Origin: Azolla caroliniana
Taxonomy: Eukaryota > Plantae > Polypodiophyta
Assembly: GCA_043228905.1 (NCBI GenBank)
Contig: JBHGNT010000018.1
Span: 2,976,001-3,040,000, forward strand
Length of the DNA: 64,000 bases
Direction of reading: 5' to 3'
The notes under the pieces are model-generated. The model searched no databases and was not told the DNA's origin. It worked only from the letters and a program-made list of their open reading frames with translations. The first letter of the stretch is position 1; each line of letters starts with the position of its first letter. Made by a program: the position numbers and the translations under genes. Below, piece after piece: positions 1 to 12,600 of the stretch.

Positions 1-2516
1 GCCTTTGCTCATAGTCGGGATTGGCCTTTACCTCTTTCTGATGCATGCTTTACACCATATCATATATGAACTCTAAAGATGATCATGGTTGGGCTCAGGG
101 CAATACTAGAATTGGTGAAATAATGGGAAATCCTTATTTGCACCTTTTTTAAGTGTACTAATATGCCATATTTTAACTTAGAGGATGATAATCAAATCCT
201 CAAGCTTGAGAATGGTGAATGAATGATTAAGTTCTAGCGTGCATCATGCCAAAAACAACAATTCTCATAAATGTCATTCTTGGATTCAAGTTTCAAGTTT
301 TTTAAGAAGGGAACAATGACATAAACCCTCAATTGGCCATATCACCATCTCCATCAAGCTATTGCATTTGTTTCATGTAGTTGATGCTTTTGGATGAACA
401 TTCTAAACTTGATTTACAATAGGGGTAGTTTATGTTCCTCCATTAAATGTTCATTTTAGTGTAAAATGTCACAATATCACTTGGTGGATCACCTCGAAAG
501 TTGAATGTTGTGTTCCAAAGCAAGACTAATTCCACTATTGTACGCTAGTTTAGACATGTCCATAAAATGATGATTAAGATATGTAATCAGGAATATTGTA
601 AACAAAATAGAAACATCATTTCCATTTATGTTGCTCGAGTGGATGAGTTGCAAGAATACCTATAAATGTTGGAAATAAAGATAACACCTTGTTTTTTTTG
701 TGCCTTTTTTATCTTATTCTCTCGCAACGCTTCTTTCATGACAATTGATCTAGGTACGAACAACTAATCTATCACTCTAGGGACCGACCACATTTAAAAC
801 ATTCAAACGAAACCCTTTACATATATCTCTACTTTTTGGAAACTCGCACACTAGCGAAAGAGAGCAAAATATGTGTTTGAAAACTAAAAAAGTGTGTCCC
901 TCACAATCTAGAGAAATGTGAAACCTGGCAATGTAATCTTTCTTATACGTAGGTCTTATAAATCAAGGTTGGTATCAACTAGGGGCTGATAAATACTATT
1001 GTAATGGCCATTGATTTTATATCATTTATGGAAGACGAATAAATTTGCATCGAAATGAATGTCGCTATTGAAACCAAAACCCTTCAATTAGTAATGGTTC
1101 ATGAGACATGTCAAACTCTCGTTATGCATATCTAATAGCTTGTGTACATTAATTGGCTCACAACCCACACACAAATTATTTATTTTGCTAGCCTAAACAT
1201 TGTTTTTTTTAAATGTATTCAGTCCTATCCATATTTTGCCCAACCATAAATTGTTCGAAATCTTCAATAAAAGGCTTGTATCGAGTTTCACCTATATTAG
1301 ATGTTGTTGCTTTACTCATACTTGACAATGTATTCCAACAACTGTAATGTTTTCTTTGAGCAACAATTGTAATGAAACGATCATTGTCATAACTACTATG
1401 AAGAAAATTCTGTTGAAGCTCATTATGTATGACTATCATCACTATCGTACATAAATTTCTGCAACAAAAAAAAGCATCGATGTTGCTTCCGGAAATCCTA
1501 ACGATCATAAATGAAAAGGTGATGACATTTTACCGATAGTTGGACCAATATTACTTGCCTTTGTAAAAGAGTAATACAATACAACTACTACAATTTCGAG
1601 CTCTTGCCCTTACATTCGCAAAACTTGATGCATTATTTTATCTTAGAACATATGACATTGTTATAACAAACATTACTTGATCATGCTTGGGCCTCTTTGA
1701 AATTGTTATATTATTGTTGGTCGGTTGGTATGTGGAAGCTTCTAGGGGGGAGCCCTTCGGTAAGAGACACGTTGTTGACTATGATTGGCCATCCGGCGAA
1801 AGAAAATAAAAAGAAAAGAGAGCACATTGTTGACAATGGGCGAAAAGGTATTGTCTCAAATTATTTAACAGTGTTTTCACACATAAATATTTCACATTAA
1901 AGAATGTTTCGACGGACAGATCCATCATTAAAGAGTGCTTTCGACAACAATGAATGCTCACTTACAAATTGGTCATTTTGATATTATGTACGAAGTGTGT
2001 TCTATGCAATTCACATTAACATGAAACTAGAAACATAACACTACAGTACCGACAAATTAAATCAAAACTCAAATGTTTGTATTTAAAGAGAGTACAAGAA
2101 AACTTCATGCTACAAGTTATTGAGTGTTATGCCTCCATTGCTTAAAAGGATGTATCAAATGTGTCACAATATTGAATCCATTCATGTACATATTTATGCC
2201 ATCACACATTAGGTGTAATAAACACTACAATTTGCCACCTGATAGTTGCATAGGGTTTGTTTATGATATTAATAAAATGCTATAGTATTCGTGTGTGAGT
2301 TTGATTCTTCGCTACAACTACAATACCAAAGAGCAACCTACAACACAAAAAGCGAGAAAAACAATGCACAATCATGCTAGCTTTTTAGTATTTCCAACAT
2401 TGAAAATTGCGAACATTAAATTCTATTTCAATGAATGTCATGATTATCGCACTCCATCTATCTAGAATGAATAAACTACATGATTGCTTTGTTCATACAT
2501 CACGATGATAGTAGTT

Positions 2517-2823
2517 TGTTTTACGCTTTCATTCATAGTTATTTCACGTGCATTTGAATATGTTATGTCCTTTCCTACATAAGATATGGTGAAAGATTGG
2601 CTTAAGAGCATGGGCCCTTCTTTGTGAATGGGAAAGATTATGAAGCCACCCCTAGCCATTTGAATGTTATTTCAAGATTATAGTAGTGTGTTTTACGCTT
2701 TCATTCATAGTTATTGCATGTGCATTTGAAAGTGTTATGTCCTTTCCAACATAAGATATGGTGAAAGATTGGCTTAAGAGCATGGGCACTTCTTTGTGAT
2801 ATTATGAAGCCACCCCTAGCCAT
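2517..2823. repeat. Direct tandem duplication (~140-bp core, ~172-bp period)
   Basis: TGTTTTACGCTTTCATTCATAG...GAAGCCACCCCTAGCCAT occurs at 2517-2659 and 2689-2823. Confidence 0.85.
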
Positions 2824-3726
2824 GCTACTCGGGAATCAACATAGTAAATTGATAAGGAGCCTCATCAACCAACTTAATACTAAAATTACTGGCTATAACC
2901 CTAAAGATGAAGAAATTTGGTTAATCTTACAATTTTTTGCAAGATTTGGTTTATTGTTGCAACATATTTACAAGGAAATTGAGCAAAGTCTCTTGAAAGT
3001 TTTTTGTCATGATGTTCGCCAAAAGTTTCCACAATGCCTAAAGACATAGCCATTCGGTGATAAATAACCCTCCATTCTCTCCCCTCCAACTAAGTTCTTT
3101 GAAAAGACGTGAGGAGTTGTCTTTTCATATCCATCTCATCAAATTTATACTAAAAAGAGTTCAAATAAAATAAGTGACTGTATGGCACAAACTTACAAGA
3201 AAACAGAGAAAATGTGCAAGAACTACGAGAAATATTAGCAAGAGTTTTGATATATGATCAAGAATCAAGAGCCCATTAGTCCAAATGGTTGTAGTTCAGT
3301 TGGTAAGGTTGTCTGATGGAGACTAGGCATTCAACCCCTACTTTCCATGGTGACATCTAGTATTTATTAGGGGATAAAAGAGGAAATCTCTAAAAGACTT
3401 GACATTAAACTAGAGTGGTTTGAAAGAATGAGGCTCTTCTTAATGCCTTGACTTCTAAACAAATAGTCAAATTTGGTTCACTCCAAAAAGATGAGATCAT
3501 GCCTAGAGTCTTCCAAATCCTTATGGAAACTACTTATATGAACAAAATGTGAAGGGATAAATTTGTACCTAATTTGCCAAAGGTGTATGTCTTGGAACTA
3601 GAATGTTGTGAGTTTGAACCCTACTTCGTGTATGTCATCTAATGGTTCAATCATCTAATAAGACAACAACTCTCGGCATAATATCCAAACAAGGTCACCA
3701 ACCCAAAATGTGGGTCATCCTACTAA

Positions 3727-4237
3727 TGTTGGTAAGATAATAATGAAGCATCAACAAATTTATCAACAATCTGACGAGGCCCCAAGCGTGAATAATCAAG
3801 TTTATTACATCAATGACCTATCAACCATTCTTGGTACAATCTCCAAACAATGTCACCAACTGTTGACGGCGAGACATTTTGGTGATGATGGTCAACATGA
3901 TGACAATAACATGTATGAAGTGGAAAAGTGTAGTAGTTTCTAATGAGCTTATTTGCACGCTTTCTGTTGAAGATGGTATGCAGAAGAATGTGTGAGGACC
4001 AACAAGATGATGTCAAGCAAACAACATGTGCAAGACAAAGAAATAGAATGTGCACAATATGAAGGAAAGTAAGAAGCAAGAGAACTCAGATCAAGCTCTA
4101 ATGGAAACTTGTTATTCTCTTCTGTAACTCTATCACTACAATGTTACATTTGGGCTTATATATACTCAAGCCCTAACTTGAGGACGTGTTCACACTTAAT
4201 GATACAATTTGGAAGGAGTCGGCCTTTTATGCCAACA
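3727..4237 (-). mobile_element. Possible old solo LTR
   Basis: Termini TGTTGG...CCAACA and an internal TATATATAAGCCC on the - strand; no TSD found. Confidence 0.3.
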
Positions 4238-6676
4238 CTTTGAACCTTGACAAGTGTCAGGTTTTGTATTCAATTCAATGAAAATTTTATTTGTGTTTTA
4301 GGCATTGACTTATTTTTGGATGACAATTGCCCAAGCATTGTATGATCGTTTCACCTTTATTATTCATATCTTATATTGTTTTCCATATGTTTACACTCAT
4401 ATATTCTCACCAATTAAAAATTTCCTTCTTCGACAAAGTGTCATTGAGAAAACGTGCTAGTACTATAGAGAACTTTTTAGTTAGGAAACTATTTTATGTG
4501 GATTAGCTCATCCCACGTGAGTTTGTGCTCATTAGGATGTTCTTGTTCCAATATCAAGAATATTATATATATATATATATAAGAGATCAATCATGGTCCA
4601 ATACATGATAACATTAACTATTTAGGTGAACAACTCAACTATTTAGTTCAGAGTTTGTAGAGTTTGTTCAACAAAGCAGGACACAACAATCAACAAACAA
4701 GTTGACAATATAATGAGCTCGTTTCATTTTTCCACATATGACAATGATGGATTGTGATTAAATTATGTGCATGAAAACTAAGAATTATGGATGACTTTTA
4801 ATGGATAAGGACCTCAAGGTGGCAAGGGGAGGGGGAGGGGGAAACATGTTAGGCCTTCTATCTTATGCGTTTAAAATGGGGTATACTAGCTAGCCTAAAC
4901 AACACTTAGTCTTCTCTTACATCAATAGACTAAGACCCAAGGTATGTGGGTGAAAAAGTCCTCGTATCCTTACCAACCAAATGTGTTGTATCTAATGTTT
5001 ATAAAATAAATGTAACCTTTAAAAGGAGTTCACAGTTAAATAACTGACATCTTTAATGTGACCAGTTCTAGTTCATTTCATCGTAGTAAAATTTTGATCT
5101 CCATCCCCCAATCACTCATTTGAAAATGGAGGCTTTTCTTCCCAATCCGATTCCTTACTAACACGTGAAATAGCCTACAGAGAAACACTTATTCCCACAT
5201 AGAAGCACGAGAGCCAAAAATGTGAGGAGAAGAAAATTTCTAAAAACAAAAGGGAATAGGTAAAGACAATAACATTTTATTGACATACATCGAACTCCAA
5301 TCGAAGATGGGATGGACCATCATTTGATCAAGATAAATGTACATTGTAATTCATTTGATACACCACCTCTAAGGAAGTGCATAAAGACAACTTTAAAATC
5401 AAACAACTATGCAAGTACCAGCAAGAGACTTGTGAGAAACCTCCATTGCTAGTTTTAACCTTTTTTGAGCTTGTTTGACTAATGCTAAGGACAAGGTTGG
5501 ATGTCCTACTTTTTTTTTAAGTCATAAAACAATGAGTTTGAGAGGCTACCAACAATCTCTTAACTACTCAAACATTGAGCTTGATACCCCACCACAAAAT
5601 GCTTTTTACAGAGCTGGATTCTCCTTAGATGCTTTGGTGTTTTTACATGACAAAGAAATGGGGCCACATCACATGAAGTTCGTGTGTACTAGATATTTTC
5701 TCGCAGTACAATTACCCTATGTGAGGATAGACTAAAATATATAGACTTTGGTTAATAAGCTCCAAGATGATTTTAAGATGCCTTCACAACAATGTAGTGG
5801 AAATGAACTCATAATATTCTAAGTTCTAACACAATGTGTATTGATCTTTGACTTTACAAGTAGCCCACCAACCCCAACTCTAAACACCTAGAATGCTTGA
5901 TTCCATATCCATTCTAAAAAGTAAAATAACTTGCCCAAAATTGCAATGGGTAAAACAAAGAACCTTTCACCACACTTTTCCAATCCCATTGCATGCATCT
6001 GGTGTCGATATCTGAACCAAAAACCTATACTGTGCATGCATATACAACCAAGGTCTTCCTTCTTTATTCACAGCAGATTCTATCAAAGGATGGTTTATTA
6101 TAATATGGCTGGACAAATTTATATTCACAATTAGTTTTCACATCTCAATAATAGAGAACCTAACCATTTAACATACTGTCTAGGCATTCCACCCTATTGC
6201 TAACTCCACCATAAAAAAGCATATTGTCAGTCTCCATACCCAGGACCACTATGGTTGACATTGTAAGACACTATGTCTCCATAATGCATTAGGAAGATGG
6301 ATACAAGAAAATCTCTCATTACTGTTGTCATTACGGAATTTATCATGTTTGCCATGAATACTCGACCGACAAATAACATGTAACATGAAGCATGTAGTTC
6401 AGAAATACTTTGGGACAGCATAAGTTTGTGCTTCTCTCTCACATTTCCTATAATTTCATGCATGCAATGGAACTCAACCCATAAGCATAGAAAAATGTCT
6501 TCAATTAATTGTAGTTAAAATCCAGAATCCATTCATACTGATGACAACCATCTTTTGAATTTCCTCAAAGAATCACAAATAGTCATTCCTTGACTTGCAG
6601 CCAGCATATAGTGTTCCCTTTACTAGGCCATTAGGTTCAAATTCACTTTGTGGGGTCCTTGATAATTCGCTTCCTA

Positions 6677-9600
6677 TCAAGCCACTAAACTCTTTGATGC
6701 AATTTCATACACGTTATCAGAGATACCATCTGCCTTTACAATTCGCTCTAGTTGTGCCTGAAACAAAACAGTGTGAAGTAAGAAAAAATGAAAACTTCAT
6801 GTGCACATGCAAGACCACGAAATGAAATGGAAATGGATAGAGAAAAGTAAGTTAATTGACAGGTTGTGAGTTACGAACCTTAGCTTGCTCTTGTCTTGAG
6901 AGATCGAATTTCTTCCATTTCGAAAAAGAAGAAACCATCCGAGATGCGACCTAGATTTCGTGTTACACATTATTACATATATGTAAGTCCACGATTTCAC
7001 AAATAGTAGAAAAGCCATGAAAAACAAATCATCTAAACCCAGGCCTAAATTTCAATGATAAAAAGAATTCTTACTTGAGGATTGATCTTGTCAAGTGTCA
7101 AAACTAGATCACCCAAAAATTGGTACCCTGTACCATCCTTTGCATGGAAGTTAACTGCCGAACCGCAGAAGCCACCAACAAGAGAATATACCTTTAACCA
7201 TTATCAAAGCATATCATTTAGGGTTAGCACAAGATATTAAAATATCACATCTACAGATTTGTACATTAAATAAAAACACATCAAACATATTTCGATAAAA
7301 CATGTAAAGTGCAAACAATAATTTATTTGGGTTTTAGAGAGGAAAGAACTGCACTCTGTTTATAAATAAAGAGGTTGAAACATACTTTGTTTGGATTCTT
7401 AATGTCAAATGCAGGATGATCAAGTAAAGCTTTCACATTTTCCACATTAGCAGGAATGTCGGACATAGCTTGCAAAACAAGCCATTTGTTCACAACCTGA
7501 AATTCAAAGTAAAATGAGTGAATATACAAATGACCGAACAAAAAGAATAAGGTATTGTGGAATCATAAACAACCAGCCTTGACTAAATATTTTAATGTAA
7601 CAAAATACACGCATGTTAAAATTCATGCCTGTGTTCATTTTTATGCATGCATATTTGACCTCATCGGTCATATTTTTTGTCTCATGGGTCATATTTTGTT
7701 TCCAAGCATGAACATCCCTAAACTTGTGTACTTACGTCGCCAAAAAATATCTCCATCCCTGCCACCCTCTCTCTCTCTTCATGAGATTAGAGTTGAGAGC
7801 TTTACTCTAAGCCTTACATAAATCGTTTGAAGCATGGTTTGCCCACTGTGCATGGTTTGTTCACCATTAACTTCTTAGTTAAAATAACTATTTACGAGAG
7901 GGGAGGAAGAGTTTTCTTAGGTCATTAGATCATAATATACAAGTGTCCGTAGCTCGGGAGTCCTTGGCACCAACTCTCAGCCCGTTTCACCAATGAAAGG
8001 AAAAACAATGATCCGGCTACAATTTGGGAATGTTTTAATCACCTCAAAAAACTTTTCAATGATTTCTAAAAGACTTAATCAAGAGTATTAAATGGAAGTT
8101 GGAACTCAATTGCCAGAAACTTTAAAAGAAACGATCAAATGTGCTCAAATCTTTTAATGAAACTCTTATATGATGATAATTCTTATGATAAGGGATAGAA
8201 AGGTTGTCCTTCTCCCATGAAATGTCTAAACTTCATTCCGTTTGACTAAACAGAAAACCTAAGAAGTGGTTCAATTGGGACATTTGAGCTTGGAGTATCA
8301 AGTTATATATACAGATGTAAATATATACACGATATATACACCCACTTATTATCTCTTACCAGAGGTTCTTTCTTCCATTGCTCATAAAACTTCGATAGCA
8401 CCTCATTTCGCAAGTCTCCAGGATTCTGCACTAGCGCAGCCAATGCTGCAATTTGCTCTGTCATGTTTGTTGCAGCTTCATACTCTTTCAAAGCAACTTG
8501 GGTTGTTTCAGGTTCATCCAATGATGAAATATAAGCTGCTCATTCCAATACACAACAACATCATCATCAGATGGTATTGCTGCCAGATACCTTTTATAAA
8601 CCAATAAGAGGATATTAGAAAGATATCAATGAGAAAGCCATGTTAAGTGAGGTACCTAATGCCACATTCTTTAAAGTTCTCCTGGACATGCTTCCATGAT
8701 TAAATGCATACGCTTCATTGCTCCGATTATTATTAATCTGTCAATACATCATCCACAACAAGATAAGAAGCCACTAATTACAGCTGAAGTGGAAAGATGT
8801 AAATATCATAGAAATAACCAAACACATACAGCATTGAGTAGCTCTTGACGCAGTGTGGATGCAATCTCCTTTATGACGAAGCGACGAACTGCATGAACTG
8901 CATCTGGGTCTGCCACCTCCATCAAATCCATCAATTCACTTTCTGATGGAAGAGTGATGGCTCTAGCAATAAATTCCTGCACCAAAGGATTTATACATCA
9001 CATTGCAAGAATGAAACCTTCAAACATAAAACGACGGCACTCCTTGCCTCATCTAGAATGGATTTGTATATATCTGCAAGAAAGCGGTATATATAACATT
9101 GCAAGAAATGAAACCACAAATATAAACAGTATCCTAACATTACCCAAAAGGATTTGTATGCAAACCATTTTGACAAACATCATGAATATGATATATATCT
9201 ATAAACAAATTAAAAGTTAAATTTGGGATGTTTCCTTGATAAGTCTCTCATTGGATATCTTCAGTACGATTTTGTAGCTTTTTCCACAATAAGTAGTCTA
9301 GGCATGTTCTACTGTGTTTCGCGCTCTGGGAGATGGACATTGGTGAAGTTATTGTGTCAGAGAGTTCTCTGGCTTACTACGTTGGCTTGTCTCATGTCCT
9401 GTGGAAGGTGCATTCCCCGGATATGACAGATGTAAGCGAGGTGTCTCCTAGTAAAATTTAAGTTTGAACAAGACGATTTCCCAAGCATCTCTGAAGTTCC
9501 TTTTTGGTCAGTGACATTTCCAAAATCTCTCCTGGAAGTTGTTCGCTAGGAAGAGGTTTCAGTTAACACTGGTGCAGTTCAAGTTATACCATCATGATTC

Positions 9601-12600
9601 CATGAGGTATCAATGGCTTGCTTCTGATCATTTGATATATTATCATCACCAAGGGTCTCTCTAGGGATTTTCATCCATAATAACAGCTCCTCTCTAGCCC
9701 ATCATGTCCAGCCAGTCCACCACCCCATATGGTACGAACATTTGCACCTCATGGAGGAGCATTGTGAAATAACTATAAATTGGTGGTCCTTGCACTTGAA
9801 AATGTAACAAGCGAACACATTGTTTTTCTAGGTATCTTAAGCCTGCAAAGCAACATGCTCTTCTTGCCTTTGTTCCCTCATGGAAAAATGTGGGCCACTA
9901 GAATCGATTTCTAGGTATCCTAAGCCTGCAAAGCAACATGCTATTCTTGCCTTTGTTGCCTCATGGAAAAATGTAGGCCACTCAAATTGATTTCTAAGCA
10001 TACACAAGACATACTCCACTAGCTCCCCATTAAATGTGAATTGATGTTCACACAATTGTAATTTATATATGTGATTGTATGTATTTAGATTTTTAAGTGT
10101 ATAAATCCAAGACCCCTTGATGGGAATGAGGTCTATCCACTCTTAACAATTTTATCCATTAAATGTGGATTGATGTTCACAGAATCATAATTTCTATAGG
10201 CGATTGTATGTGTTTATATTTGTAAGTGTATAAATCCAAGACCCCGCCTAATGTGAACAAGGTCTATCCCCTCTTGATAAATTTTTCCAATTTCCAGAAC
10301 CAATTTTGAGAGAGGTTGCTCATATCACCCCTGAAGTGGAGTATAAAATTATTATGGGCATGTTTGCATTTCATATGCTCCTGTTAAGCAAAATGTGTGT
10401 TCCAATATTCATTAGAGAGAGTTTGCATTATGTGTGCCAAATCTAAGGTGCTGTGATTGCAGCTTGTGTCTGCCTTTCTTCAAACATCCTCCAAGTCCTT
10501 TTATGTCTGGCATAAAATATAGCAGAGTGATAGTCGTTTCTAACAGGCATGGAAAACACTATCTGGTTTCAAGCTAGAAGATCCCATTAGATAATCCCGT
10601 ATGCTTGCTGTTCAAGGTGTGAAAGCCTCTAATATTATCCAACATGGTATGACCATACCGATGAGCACTCTCTAAAGCAAAAGTTCTTTCCCATAATCTG
10701 TGGTTTGCCCCTAGTCATGTACAGTTCATTTGTTATAAAAAGATATTAGTCATTGTCCTATGTGTGCATTCTATTTGTTACCTAAGGTTACAAAGCTTAT
10801 CATATCATCATACAACAGTAGATAAGGAAATTCGCCATGCAAGGCATATCTTGAGTAAGCTAGTGGAAAAAATAGATTGCGATATAGATGTCTTTGGGCC
10901 TGTTTATATGTATCTTGATCCACATATTTCCCATCTCTTGTGCTTTGACAAACATCTGAACATCATTTGTAGTTCTTATTTAAATAAACTGCCACCTTTC
11001 CAGAGCCTGTAGTGACTCTTAACGTTTGTGGTTGAAGATGATGAACCGATTAACATTTGCATCCTTGTAGCTCTGTTAAATGGCTCTGTTCACATTGGCG
11101 TGTTTATATGTACATAGCAATGCCTACATCCAACTGGAGAGCCACATACAATTCCATAACTAGGTCTCAAACAGCCATGGAATAATCACCTTTCCATCTA
11201 AGTATGCTGATCTATTTTCCCTTCTTTTCATGCTTCTGTAACTTGCTATATGCATTCCTATTATGTGCTACTTGAGCTAGTGTCCACTTTTCCTTCAAGC
11301 AGATCTTCTCGCCCTTTGAGGCCATTCTCTTGGCAAGAAACATCTTGCTTTATTGTACTGCATTTTGAGGATAAACAGTGTTTCCCTCATGGAATCTTTC
11401 CATACTCTCCATGAATTCTTGACTGTATTTTCCTCTACTACCATCTCTCACATTGTTGTTAAATCTTTGTGTGGAATATTTTTACTCCCAGCCAATAACC
11501 CTCACAACCAGCAAACAAGGTCTCAAATATAAACATCCTTATCTTGTCCAAAAGGATTTGTACATTGCAAGAAAGAAAGACTCATATATGAAGATATTTA
11601 ACTTGTCCAAAAGGATTTACATGTAGCATTGCAAGAGAAAGCAAATATAAATAATGTCCTCAAAGGATTTGTATGGATGTAACGTCAAACAGATATGATC
11701 TTACCTTGTCCAAGGTTGAATCACAAAGAATGCTGCGCAGCCCATTAAGGAATGCACTATCAACTTCAAGCTTCTCACCCTGCTGATATTTTTTAATTAA
11801 GGAAAGTATCAGCTTTCTGCCCATTGTTTGTCCTGCTTCCCAACTGCATTATGAATTCCGCAGAAAAGAAATTACGCATACACATAGCATGAGAAGGATG
11901 AACTTTTCACCTAAGAAATGATATGGAATGATATGTGGGCCTGGGGGAGTAAATTGCCATGGAATTCATTTCAATTACAAACCGGTTAAATTCATCTGAA
12001 TCATGAGCCAAAAGGAAAAGAAGTTCCTCATCAGTGATGTCAGAGACAAGTCGAACAGGTGCACTGAAACCACGCAGTAGAGAAGGAACCGGTTTCTCAG
12101 AGATATCCGTGAACAAAAATTCTTGTTCCTCCTATACAAATCAATAGTACTTGTTAGATGGATCGAAGAAATACAGTAAAGAAATGTGGTAACGGAAAAC
12201 AACACTTTCATTTCAGCAATACATAATATAGATGATGCAAAACCGAGTTCAATGTAGGGTGAAAAACCAAAAAAATGGCCACAAGGAAATTATCGTTAGT
12301 TCAACATTAGAAACGTTCAAAGAAAATGGCATGAAGAGATTAGACACACAAACATCTTTATAAGAGATTAGACACACAAGTCATGGATCTGACCTTTTCT
12401 ACACGGAGAACTACTGTCCTCGGACCGTCTCCGTTTCCACTCTTTAATGACAGCAGAGACTCCCCATTGTAAACAGATGTGAGAACCATATCCTGACCTT
12501 GCTTATCTAGCAAGCCGACAGCCAACGGAATCAACATGGGTTCCTTATGTGGCTGCCCTGGTGTTGCTGGTATCTCTTGTCTGCAATTTAAACATATAAG

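Noticed and set aside
3286-3350. tRNA/SINE-like segment (TAGTTCAGTTGGTA ... TTCAACCCC)
   Set aside because: A- and B-box-like words are present, but I could not fold a cloverleaf or find a TSD or tail.
1209-6463. Short ORFs of 60-99 aa in the first 6.5 kb
   Set aside because: AT-rich, no recognisable motifs or splice-consistent structure; consistent with chance ORFs.
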